A stretch of 64,000 bases of DNA. Origin: Camelus dromedarius. Its lineage: Eukaryota. The DNA lies in the NCBI RefSeq assembly GCF_036321535.1, contig NC_087452.1:34658001-34722000 (forward strand), given 5' to 3'. Made by a program: the position numbers and the translations under genes. The notes under the pieces are model-generated. The model saw nothing but the letters and a program-made list of their open reading frames with translations. It had not been told where the DNA came from and did not search any database. Position 1 is the stretch's first letter, and every line of letters starts with the position of its first letter. This document shows positions 34,727-46,510 of the stretch, in pieces.

Positions 34727-37700
34727 TACTTCCGTGAACACAGAGATGGGTGTGGCAGCTGTTCCTTCCAGGATGGCGGGGAGAGGCAGCAGGGCCGGGA
34801 GGGACAGGACAGGGCTCCATTCCCAGGAAACCCATGCCCTTCACACTCCCCCGCCCTCCTCCTCCTCCACCAATTAGGGGCTTAAGGAGACCTAGTCTGT
34901 GTGCAGGGCTGCTGGGGATGCTGTTCCTGCTGGTATGGAGGTGACAGTCCAGGAGGACCAGGTCGCTTGTTAATCACTCGGGGAGACACAGCTCTGTCTC
35001 CTGCTGGCGGGCTCTAGGGTCAGCCTGAAGGTAAAATGTCCAGATTGTTCGACTTCCCTCACAATCTGAACTCTGCCTGAGCCCACCCTTCCTGGCTTTT
35101 GCTCTGGGCATTGAGACACATCAGTCTTTCTTCTGTGGGGTCTCAGATTTCAGGTGTGGGCTTGTGTTCAGGGATGCAATGGTACCACAATTGGCACCAT
35201 TAGAAGCAAGCCTCCTGCTCATCGGGGTGAAGGGCTCTGCCTGAGTGAGAGACACACACAGTGACACACAGGCCACATGTCTGTTTGCCTGGGGGTTTCA
35301 GACACTGTCCCTGTCCTGCCCACTCCCCACTCTGTAGCTGACCTTTGCTGAGGGGCAGACTGGAATCACGGGGGAGGCGGCAGTCCCGGGAGCAGCCTCA
35401 ACCAACCATCGCTGGGACTTTTCCCTCATTGGTGGAAACGTCTCTTCTGTTCCTCACTCCTTGGGGGGCCCACTCCCAGATGTGTCCCCCCTCCCTGAGG
35501 TCCCCAGCTGGGTGGAGCCCCTGTCCCCACTTCACTGACCTGTCTATTGACTTGTCCTCTTCTGATGTCGATTCTGCCCGGTCTCACATCTCTATTTTCC
35601 TGCTGGTGCTTCGAAGGAATCGCCTCCCAGAGCACCTGCTTCCTCTTGAATGCTGGCCTGAGCTCTGCTCCTGGGCCGACCTGCACCAACACACAGAGCC
35701 CCGTGTGTCAGAGGGACAGCGGGCGGGACCGCGCAGAGCATGGGCTCTGTAATCTGTCAGGCTCGTCTGTTCATGGGGAGCAGGTGGGCCTGATTTGAGG
35801 CAGCTTAGAGGAACCCATGCTTCTCACTTTACATCACCCCAGGTGAGGCAGGAAACCTCACAGAGGAAACCCAGGGACTGTGTCGTGTCTCTGCCACAGC
35901 ATACAAGACTGCAAGAGCTACTTGTTAAAATTTCAGGATTTTCTGAGTTGGTCATTAAACTCTTGGTTGCTTGAAATCTGCCTTGGTGGAAGAATTTACA
36001 GCATGGAAATCAGCAAATGCTACACATCAGGCCCATCACAGCTGGTCCATCACTGTCCAACCTGAGAGAGGGCTCACTCATCAGGATGATATGGGCTGTG
36101 CTGATGTCATCTGTTTGCAGTTGTCTCCCAGGATTGCTGATCCTGCTTCAGGAGGGTGGGACATGGATGCTGATGGCTCTCAGGTGCCATATTCCACGGC
36201 TTCACTGCCTCCCAAGGAGAAGCCTGGGGGTTTTGTCCTCTCTGCCCCCATTCTGTGGCTGGTGACTGACTATGAGGGGACATCAGAGCCCAGCCCCTGC
36301 CTCAGTCACTCCTAAAGCAGGGGTGCAATTCTGGTTCCTGGGCTTTTCTAGGTGAGGCTGAAGCTGGGCTCAGAGGGAGCACCTCTCTGCTCAGCTCCTT
36401 CCTCTGCACAACCCTGCTCTCCTCCCCCTCCTGCTGACCACACCCCTCAATTAATCACATGACTCTGAATTCCCAGCTCAGGCCCTGCTTCTAGAGAACC
36501 GGCCTAGGATGGCGGTGGAGCTGTGTGGAGCCCGGCCAGCTCATCCCAGGTGGCTCGGCTGTGGGGCCTGACGTGGAGCTGAGAGAGAGGAGAGGCAGAG
36601 GTGTGCAGGGTAGGGGTGCGGGAGAGGAGTTGGAGCGGGGCAGCGCTGGCAGCCAAGGGGCCCTGAGGAGTTTACAAAGTGCTCAGAGTAGGACAGGAGG
36701 CCGAGAGCCCGGGGCGATGACTCCTAGTGGTTTCCCGGTGTTTGTGCAGATGTGGAGGCCACGGACCTCAGTGGGGGCAGCCTCAGAGATCTGGGGGCAC
36801 AGAAGTCCCACGCAGTGAGGGGAGGAGAAGCAAGAGGTAAGGAAGAGGGGAGGCCATGAATGGGGACACACAGGGGCTTCTCCTTCCCCCAGACCCCCGC
36901 TGTGCCAGGGAGGGACACTGGGCTGTTATCAGGCAAGGTCCTTGTTGATGTGGCCCTTGACCCCCACTTCTGAGGTCTCCAGAGTCATTTTCGGGGCCCC
37001 TATATGTGACAGGGCACTTCACATTGTCATGAATAGGGCAGAGAAAGAGAATTCTGAGGAGTATGGACATCTGAAAGCCATTGCTCCTCTGCCTGTGTGG
37101 CCCTAGGCAGAAGAAGAGATCTTTCTGGGCCTATGTCTACCTGTAACTGACACCACATAGCCTAATTTGAGGGGCTGGTCAATGGCTTAGCTCGAAAAAC
37201 AAGGTCGAGTACCACATAGGGGCTGAATCTGAGGTGGAGGCTGATGGAGTCTAGGAGACCATAGTTAGTCTGGGTCCATCTCAGGGCACAGATCTGGCTC
37301 GTGTGTCGGAGCAGGGACCCAGAGAGACACTTGGAATCCCCATCAGAACAGCAGGAGGGAAATACATGTCATTCTGTCCTGAGCGAGCAGAACTGGCCCG
37401 TCTGCACGAGCCTTTAGCGTCTGGTCCTTACTAGTCAGCAGCTGACACAGTGGGGGGCCTCCAGGCTTGCTCTGCTCCGACTGAGGGATGCCCGTGCCAG
37501 TCACATCCCGAGTCCTGTTCCCCAGCCCCATGGACTCTCTAGCTTCCGCCCGAGAGTGGGGGTTCCTTGTGTCCCATTCGCACCCCGTGTTCTCCTGTGT
37601 GTCACTCTGCCCCTGTGCCTACCCAGCCAGAGCAGGGAAGGATGCTGACAGGGGAGACAGGGGTACACTGGGACTTTCAGGGCCCTGGCACTTCTATCTT

Positions 37701-39667
37701 CCTGGGCCTCTTCATTCACAGAATACTCTTAAAACTTGTATTATACAACTGCATTCATATAAACATGAATATAACCCAAGCTGCTTTTCATCTTATGTAT
37801 TCATCAATATGTCAGTGTTTTCATCTGTGATTTTAAACAATTAAAAGTAAAACTTTCTGTGGATCCCTAGATGTCTCAGGGGCTAGGAACGCTGCCTAGT
37901 GTGCTGACCGATAAGTGGGTCCTGGCAGGTGACGATCCTGTAGGCGCCCAGACACGCCTGCAGACACTAAATGCCTTCTGCTGTCTTTTCCAGGATGACT
38001 TAACCTCGTGGTGCTCTTTCAGCTCCTAGTTTCAGCTGAATTGGTCCATGGGAAAGAGGAAGCTGACCCTGAGCGGAGGGTCCTGACCCTCACCCTCGAC
38101 CCAAATCCCTGCCTTCACAGCACCATGGCTGCCATCGCAGGTCCCTGCAGAGGGCAGGGGGTAGGTGCTGAATCCTACCCCTTGTCCCTGTGAAAAGGAC
38201 AGGTGGTGGGTCATTGAGGGGCATGACTCCATGTCCCCAGTCTGTCATTTTTTGAGTAGGAGGTCCTTGATGGAATGACGTAGCCCATGGGTCTCATTTT
38301 CCTCATCAACTGGGCAGTCAGAGAGCTTGTTGATATTCCCCCATATTTGGGGTACTATTTCGGACAGTGGTACACTTCCATTTCCTTGGTGTCTCATGGA
38401 TAGGAAGGATGTCTGGGGAGAGAAAAGGAATGATGTCCATGGAGGATCATGGCTTACTCCCTGAGTTTATCGGGGTAATGGGTGCATGAGGGTTTCTCAA
38501 GAACCAGATGTGGAGTCAGGGGCTAACCTGCCTGGGCACTAGGGCTATGGGGTCTTTCCTGAGAAGACCTCTGCTCTGACAGGCTGTGAGGACAAACCAG
38601 GGAAGTCAGATGCTAGAGGCAGGGACAGCACACCCCCATCCAGGCAGTTGCAGTCTGAAGTCCTGAAAGGGGACACTCCATGGACCCAGGGAAGGATGAG
38701 GAATGGAAGTTCAGTCTAAAGTCTGAACAAACGCAAAGGTGCAGAGGCAGGAGAGCCGACTGAAGATTTCAGGGGGACCTGACACCCAGTAACCGTGAGT
38801 ATTGCTAGTTATTTTCTACTGTAATCACCTTCTTTTCCATCTCTGACTTGGGAAAATGATACAGCTTGACGAAGATGCCACTGGGGCAACACCTGGACTG
38901 TGACACCAGGTTCCCCAGAAGCCCCTCTCTCCTTCCTTCTCCAAGGCTGAGTGTGCAACCAGTGCATCTGTCCAGGCTGTCACATTCTGAGGTGCCCCAT
39001 CCGATTGCCCAGAGTTCCATAGGTCAAAGAAAGCCAAGAGGTAACTCAGGCTTTCGATCACAGGGCCATTCCATGGGAGACTGAATTAGAATTGACATCA
39101 CGGTCTCTAGGCCGCTCTGACATATCGACTCATTCATTTTCCCAGCTGGGCCCCCTCCTCCTCCCACACCGGCCGCTCCATCCTGGTGTCTCAACTTGAG
39201 CCCTGGATAGGGAGTACCTTGGGGACAAGTCAGAAGAGACTTCGTGAGGCTGTGGGAGCCGAGATGGGGAGTTGCTGTTTCTCTGGTTGGATGTCAGCCT
39301 GATTCTGAGGAGGTCACAGTGAGGAGGCCGAGAGGGTGTAGGACACAGCCTGTTCCCTCTGTCTCCTGGAGGACTCAACCCTCTGGAGCAACCCTGCCCA
39401 TGAAAGTCCCCACGGGGCCCAGGAGAGGCTGAGATGTTGTCAGGGAGATGGAGAAACCATTTCTTCACCTTGCACAGGAGGCAGACCTCACCCATTGCCC
39501 AGCAATCCCCTGAGGCAAGAGCGGGGCCTGAGGCAAGTCCAGCTCACACCCTGGCCGGGGGCAGGGATGGGGCAGGTGGGGAAGGCTCCTGCTTGAGCAA
39601 TTGCATCAGGCCCAGGCTGAGCATAAAGGAGGGTCCTGTGGGCTGGGAGGAGGCAGACTCGGGGACC

Positions 39668-41740
39668 ATGGAGACCCAGAGGGCCAGCCTCTCCCTGGGC
39701 CGCTGGCCACTGTGGCTACTGCTGCTGGGACTAGCGGTGCCTTGGGCCAGCGCCCAGGCCCTGAGCTATAGGGAGGCGGTGCTTCGAGCTGTGGATTGCC
39801 TCAATGAGCAGTCCTCAGACCCCAATCTCTACCGCCTCCTGGAGCTGGACCTGCCGCCCAAGGCTGTGAGTCAGGGAGGGGCTGGGGAGGGAGGCGTCTC
39901 CCGCCAGGCTTGGCCACACTGTCTCTCCCTTTGCTCGTGCTGTACCTCCTGTCAGGAAGGCACCTCTCCCTGTAGGTGGGATCCCACCTATCACAGAAAT
40001 CCTCCCAGAGCTGGGTCCCCTCCCGTTGTGAAAGCCTTCTGCCTGGCATCTCTGCTGTGGGAACAGAGCCCTGACAGCCCGCTCAGGCTCCAGGGACTCC
40101 TGGGGGCTCCAGGGATACGCCGGGGTCACTGGCTCTGGGATGTGACTTCCCCTGTGCACACCATTGTCTCCTTTCCAGGGAAGGGCTGTGCTCAGCCTGG
40201 AGGTTCCAGTGACAAGGTCTTTCCCTGCAGGTGTCCCCTGACTTCCCTCACCCCTCTAAGGGGGAGCTGCCCCTCAGGAGAGCGGGTCTGAGGTCCCCTC
40301 CTGCTCCCTGTGTGCCTGGGAGCCCAGGACCAGGCTGTGTCCTCCTCCCCTCTGCACCCAGCCCCCAGCCCAGGGCCAGGCACATGGGACGGGCTGTCAA
40401 GGGGGCTGTCCTGCTGGGGGCAGGGACACAGGTCACACAAAGAAGCATGAGCCTGAGCCAGTCTCCCCACTTTGATCCTTGAGCAGGACGAGAACCCAGA
40501 TGCCCCAAAGCCTGTGAGCTTCACGGTGAAGGAGACCGTGTGTCCCAGGAGGACACAGCAGCCAACGGAGCAGTGTGCCTTCAAGGAGAATGGGGTGAGG
40601 CTGGGGGCACTGGCGGATGCCTCCCAAGGACCTGAACAGGAGGGTCCAAAGGAAGGCTTGCAGCCCCTGTGGTGAGGCTGGGTGGTTATGGTTCAGGGCT
40701 TCCAGTCTGACCTGGAGTCTCCCCTTCTAGCTGGTGAAACAGTGTGTGGGGACAGTCACTCTGGACCAGTCCAAGGACCAAAAGGACATCACCTGTGATA
40801 AGGTTAATGACTCCTTCTGGGCTGTAGGGGCTGCTTGTAGGAGTGGGGTGTGGAACATCTTTTGGACCAATTCCCTTCTGTGCCATCACTTTAAGGGGAG
40901 GAAATTCCTCCTCCCCTGGCTCCCCCTCACCAGAGCCCCAGGTCTCCAGGCTGGGCTCTGGAATCCCTTACAGCAGTGGTTCTCTCAGTGGGCTCCCCAC
41001 TTGGGAACTAGAGAAAATGGCTGATTCTCTGGCCCCACTGAGATCTACCCAATTAGTTTGAGGTGGGTGCCAGCAATTCTTATTTTAAGGCTTCCTGGGC
41101 ATCCTGACTGCTTGAAAGGCACTGACTAGAGTAATGGACTTTCTGCCCCTGCTCCCATCCAGCTTTGCTGGGATGGGCTTGTGCCCCTGGGAAGCCCCTT
41201 ATCATCTCTGGAACCAGTGTCCTCATCTGTGCGTGGGTGAGGTGATATGCTCCTAATGTCACAGGCAGAGGTGAACTGGGGACCCAAGTTCCTGGAGTCC
41301 ACCTGGAATGTGGTTCAGTGTGGAGAGAAGGGCCTTGTGATTGTGGCCCAGTTAGTACAAGAAAACTTTCTTTTGATCCACAGGCCCGGAGATTTCGCCC
41401 GCTACCCTTTCTACCGCCGAGGATACCACGGCAGAGGTTCCCTGCGCCAAATTTCCCTCCGCCAAATTTCCCTCCTCCTGAGTTTCCTCTGCCAAATTTC
41501 CCTCCGCCAAATTTCCCTCCTCCTGAGTTTCCTCTGCCAAATTTCCCTCTGCCAAATTTCCCTCCGCCAAATTTCCCTCCTCCTCAGTTTCCTCCGCCAA
41601 ATTTCCCTCCTCCTCGGTTTCCTCCGCCAAATTTCCCTCCGCCAAATTTCCCTCCTCCTGAGTTTCCTCTGCCAAATTTCCCTCCACCAAATTTCCCTCC
41701 TCCTGAGTTTCCTCTGCCAAATTTCCCCCCTCCCATCTAA
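39668..41740 (+). CDS. CATHL: Cathelicidin gene 5, 244-aa precursor; prophenin-like exon 4 ([18 protein letters not shown] plus 20 FPxPx pentamers)
   Basis: Exons 39668-39865, 40487-40594, 40731-40802 (donor GTTAAT), 41384-41740. ORF is open through the repeat. AATAAA at 41896-41901. Confidence 0.9.
41438..41737 (+). repeat. Coding 15-bp minisatellite (20 units) in gene 5 exon 4
   Basis: Units of TTCCCTCCGCCAAAT, TTCCCTCCTCCTGAG and TTTCCTCTGCCAAAT. A 45-bp higher-order unit occurs 4 times. Confidence 0.95.
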
Positions 41741-42040
41741 TTACCCCTGCCAAATTTGCATTCCCATTCAGCCCGCCAAGATTTGCTACAAGAAGGTGAA
41801 AGATTTACAGATAACTCCTGTATAAGGGCATTTAGCGAATCAGAGGCCCGGGGAGACTCCTAAGGGTCTGCTTTGCCCTGGGTCAGGATTTGAAAAATAA
41901 ATTCTTGTGAAAACAGTTTGCTCCAGGCTTCACTTTTACTTTTCTCCCCTCCTCCCACTTACCAGGACCAAGTACTTAACTGTGGCAGGCCGTGTGCGCT
42001 CGTGCGTGCGTGCGTGTGTGCATGTGCGTGTGTGTTTTCA

Positions 42041-42587
42041 TGAGGTGGGAAGCCCCATGAAAAAGACGGTAAGACCCCCAGGTAGGGGTACTACCCTCCT
42101 GCCAGCACAATTCAGTTTCCTGGCCCAGTGGCATTATCTCGCTATTTAAACTCTGAAATGGCTTACTTCTAGGAACGCGGAACTTACCCGTTAGATTCTA
42201 CTGGTTCTCTGAGCTAACTCCTGATTGGTCCATTAGTAGTGCTTCATCTGCACGGAGCTCACTCCTGATTTGTCCATTTCTCTCACTCCTGATAGGTCCA
42301 TTTCTACAAAGCTTGTTCCTAATTAGTCACCTTTGTTATACCTTATTTGCAAATGGTGTTGCAAAATGTTGCAAAGTCTAGACTGGTAGCCTATAAAAGC
42401 CTGTGTAAACCTACAGACGGGGTCCAGAGCTTGGAGTGTTAACTTTTCTGGGCCCTCTGGCATAATAAACCTGAGATCTCCAACCCTCCGAGTGCTGCTT
42501 GGTCCCTTGCCCGGATCCAGCTTGCTGTCACAACTGAGCTATAACACTAAGCTGTAACACTGAGATGTGACACACTTTGCTGAAACA
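42041..42587 (+). mobile_element. ERV 5' LTR
   Basis: Starts TGAGG and ends AAACA; CCAAT-type boxes (GATTGG), TATAAAA and AATAAA present; the PBS follows 4 nt later. Confidence 0.9.
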
Positions 42588-42591
42588 TTTC

Positions 42592-42609
42592 TGGAGGTCC
42601 CAGCGAGAT
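42592..42609 (+). promoter_or_regulatory. ERV primer-binding site TGGAGGTCCCAGCGAGAT (tRNA-Thr or tRNA-Gln type)
   Basis: 18-mer beginning TGG right after the 5' LTR. From memory it is one mismatch from both the Thr PBS (TGGAGGCCCCAGCGAGAT) and the Gln PBS (TGGAGGTCCCACCGAGAT). Confidence 0.8.
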
Positions 42610-42900
42610 TCCAATCACATCAGCCCCTTGAGCTGCTGGGGCGGCAGAGCAGCCGCCTGGAGGTCAGGAAGGCCAAAAGCCAAGGAGGAGGCGCACCACC
42701 TGACAGTATCCTGGGTCCTCCTTCGCGGAGGTGATTGAGTCCTCTGGACAGCTATGCCCCAATGGGACTCTGGAAGGACGGACCAACTCACCAAGTAACA
42801 CGGCCGGACAAGGTAGGAGCCCTAGGAAGCATCCATATTTAGGTAGGGTATTCAGGTTCTGTCCAAGTGGAAGAAGAGGAGATAGATCACCTCCTCCAGG

Positions 42901-43068
42901 CTCCCAGTCTGACGGTATTCCAGTCAGAGAGATCAAGTTGCACTCCCCACCTGACAGTATTCTGAATGGGGCGATCAGGTTATGCTCCCCGTCTGATAGT
43001 ATTCTGCACGGGGAGATCAGGTTATGATCCCCATCTGATGGTATTCTGGACAGGGAGATCACGTTAGA
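42901..43068 (+). repeat. Four tandem 42-bp repeats in the ERV leader
   Basis: Units start at 42901, 42943, 42985 and 43027; consensus approximately CTCCCCRYCTGAYRGTATTCTG...GGGGAGATCAGGTTATG. Confidence 0.85.
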
Positions 43069-43986
43069 TTAGGTTAGATTAGGGACACCCCGGTGATAGG
43101 GAGGGAAATGTGCAAGTAATCTGTGTTTGTGTGTGTGTGTGTGTGAGAATTTGTGTGCGGCCTGAAAAACATGCGATCAGGTTCGAGTTTGTAGCTCCAT
43201 GGCATTCTGCTATGGAGTTCGAGTGAGTCCCAACCTGCAGTTCCGTGGTGACCTCATACGGCTCGTGGTGGTATCGGCCCCTCGGTGTGTCGATCGGAGT
43301 CAGCGGCTTATACTGACCCGCCAAAGCTAAGAGGCACCTTCGTCCCCACCAGGGGAGCGGCCAGGCGGGCTCAGCAAAAACCCTCCCTTTGTCTCGTTTG
43401 CGACACCGGCACGGGGTGGCTACACAGGGAGGGAAAGTGACGTAGAACAGCCTATGAGTAAATGACCCCTGTGCCCTTGGGAACTAAGACGAGATTATTT
43501 TTAAAAGTTTCAGACACGACCTTGTCACCAGTCCCCCAGAATATCCTGTCGCAGTTAATAAACCAGGCTCAATACTACCTTTCTGTCTAAAATTAAGACC
43601 ACAAGACCTGAGCTAGAGGGACCCACCCCAGGACTGGCTGGAACCCTCCTTTGAGGTCCTCCTTTTTGGTCCATTTATTCTGCCACCAGCCAGCCATCCT
43701 GGCCTCATATTTTGTCAATTCAGGCTATAGAAAAGACTTTATGCAGGGACCCCCAGAGCTCATCCAGGCCCAGGGGAGTCTCAGGGTTACTTGCCAAACG
43801 TTACAGCCCTGACTCACTGGCAGCACTTGCAGCCAAGCAGATAGGTATTAGGCCCAGTGAGGCAGCGAGCTTTTTGAGAACTCCACAGTTTTGAGGGGTG
43901 GAAAAAACAGAGATGCTGGGGTCACAGTCCTCGGTGCCAGGAGCACACCCACACCTATAGGCCACAAAATCTGTCAGCTAATAATA

Positions 43987-45070
43987 ATGGGAGCCTCAAA
44001 ATCAAGGCCGACAGTTCTGGACTGCATGATTAAAAATTTCAGAAAGAGTTTCTCAGGAAACTATAGAATTAAATTGACACCAGAAAAATTGCGCACGTTG
44101 TGCGAGTCAGGGTGGCCCGCCTTTGGATGGGATGGCCCCCGGAAGGCACACTCGACCTGTCAGCTGTCGGGGCCATATACTGGATAATCACCACGCCCCC
44201 AGGGCACCGCGACCAAATCCCATATATTGACTCTTGGCTAACGATCGCCCAGACCTTGCCTCCATGGGTCCAGGTCTGTGTGAATGATCAAGGACAATAT
44301 AAGATCCTTGTGGTCCCGACGTTAAAGATGAAAAGAAAGGACACAACGAGGCCAGTCCTTCGTGGGAACCCTGAAGGACTGCCAGTGCTACCGCTGCCGT
44401 ATGTTCCTCCTGCTTCTGCGGCTCCACCACAGCTGCCTCTCCAGACGGTCCACCGCCGCCTGTACCACCACGGTGGCCCTGGGCTCTGGGCCGGGAGCCC
44501 AAGGGGTGGAAACTCCATTCGGCCCTGCAGGCCGCCCAGCCAGTGGCTACCCTCCAGATGCCTCTCTGGGCGACACAAGGACCCCAACAAGTTAATGATG
44601 ATGGGTCCGTACAGCCCAGCCACTCCATCCTGTACCACCAGCCTGTCAGTACAACGGATCTCCTGAACTGGCGACACCACGCTCCGCCACATTCAGAAAA
44701 ACCCCAGGCCATGATTGGCCTCCTAGAGTTCATCTTCCAGACCCACCAGCTGACTTGGGATGACATTCAGCAGCTGCTCCTGACACTCTTCAATACTAAA
44801 GAAAGAAAGCAGATCATAACAGAAACTAGAAAATGGCTACAAGAGCAGGCCCCAGAGGGAACCCTGGATGCGGAGGAATGGGCCTGGAACGCAGCCCCAG
44901 ACGCAAGACCAGAATGGAACTCTAACTCCCAAGCCGAACGGGAGGCTCTGCGGACATATCAGAGAGCCCTCCTACATGGGTTGCGAGCCGGGCCAAAGAA
45001 ACCAACCAACATGTCTAAAATCACCATAATCCAAAAGCCAGACGAGTCCGCCATGGGCATCTATGAGAGA
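43987..45070 (+). pseudogene. gag: ERV gag (MA, Pro-rich region, CA up to the major homology region), frameshifted
   Basis: MGASKSRP myristoylation start, W(M)GWPPEGTLD, GHRDQIPYIDSW, DLLNW...THQLTWDDIQQLL, IIQKPDES. Frameshifts near 44120 and 44540. Confidence 0.9.
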
Positions 45071-46510
45071 CAATCTGGGAGCCCACAGAGATGTCATTCA
45101 TCCGCTGTAAAGGACACCAAAAAAGGAAATGACCCCATAAACAGAAGAAACCAACTAGCAGATCAGGCTACGCAAAAAGCGGCAAGTCGATCATGCCATG
45201 CCAGAGATCTTGGGGCCATCTCAAAGGTTCGACTGGCACCCAAACTGCTGCCAACATCTGCAGCATACAGCCAAGAGGAAAACTCATGGGCCAAAACTAG
45301 AGGAACCAGCGGAAAGGAAGGATGGTGGGTGATGCCTGACAAACGGATATATATACCTGAACGATTAGCCCACCAGGTGGTCCTTCAGCAACATGAGCTC
45401 ACCCACCTGGGAAAGAATGCCTTAGAGGCCCTGCTGGAACGGTACTGTCTGATCCCTCGTCTTCCATCCCTCTGTGCCTCAGTCTCACAGCGCTGCCCCA
45501 TATGTGCTCAAAACAATGCACAACAGGGGTCAGCTGGACCAAGAGAAATCCAGTGCTATGGCCAGGCTCCTTTTAAAGATATGGAAATGGGTTTCTCAGA
45601 AATGGGGCCCAGCAGAGGATACAACTACTTGCTGGTTGTTATCTGCACCTTTTCAGGATGGGTAGAAGCATACCCAACACGGACTGAGGAAACAAGAGAA
45701 GTAATAAAGGGCTTACTCACAGACATTATTCCCAGATTCGGGATGCCATTAACCGTAGGGTCAGACAATGGACCCGCACTCATGGTGGAAATAGCACAAG
45801 TGGCAAAAACACTAAACGTCCGCCAGAATGTACATGAGGCCTACAGGCCCCAGAGTTCAGGGAGGATAGAGCGCATGCGCCGGACCCTAAAACAGGATAT
45901 AACAAAGCTCAGTTGAGAGACTCAACTACCTTGGACTGACACCCTTCCCATGGCTCTCCAGTGGGTACTCTGTGCCCCTTGGTCCAAGATGGGATCCTCC
46001 CCTTTTGAAATCCTACATGGGAAACCCCCTCCCCTAATGATACTGGGAGAAAGACTTAGAGACACGGGAAGCTTAGAACTTCATAAGCAAATGCAGGGCC
46101 CCGAAAAAACTATGCAGAAAGTCCATAGGTGGGTAACTGACAGGATCCCAGTCTCACGGGGAACAATGTTAAACCCATATGAGCCTGGAGATCAAGTCTG
46201 GGTAAAAGACTGGGAAAAGGAGCCCCTCGAGCCCACTTGGAGAAGCCTCTACCCAGTTATGTTAACCATTCCAACAGCTCTTAAAGTTGCAGGTATCACC
46301 CCGTGGATTCATCACACCAGAGCAAAGAGGGAAGCGCCACTGCGAGACGAGGATGTCTGGAGAATCAACCAGGACCTCGAGGAGCCGCTTGAAATGAGGA
46401 CCAGAGACACCCGCCTCACCTGCCAGAGAGCTTGCTCTAGCCACACCCGGAAGCTGGCTAGTGAACGCACGGCGGAAGCCCGAGGAACCACTGATCAAGA
46501 CATAAAGTGA
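45071..46510 (+). pseudogene. pol: ERV pol remnant (RNase H tail plus integrase)
   Basis: IWEP..IRCKGHQK in an alternate frame and NQLADQ; HHCC zinc finger (HELTH...CPIC); FSGWVEAYP, SDNG, ERM. The first catalytic Asp appears as Gly (MGFSEM). TGA at 45914-45916. Confidence 0.9.

Noticed and set aside
41247-41825. Alternative-frame repeat ORFs over gene 5 exon 4 (RQISLLLSF... on +; acidic EEGNLAE... on -)
   Set aside because: Shadows of the 15-bp coding minisatellite. Only the FPPPN frame is in phase with the splice acceptor and cathelin.
42901-43068. Regularly spaced repeats superficially like a CRISPR array
   Set aside because: Eukaryotic ERV leader; the units are contiguous degenerate tandem repeats without unique spacers.
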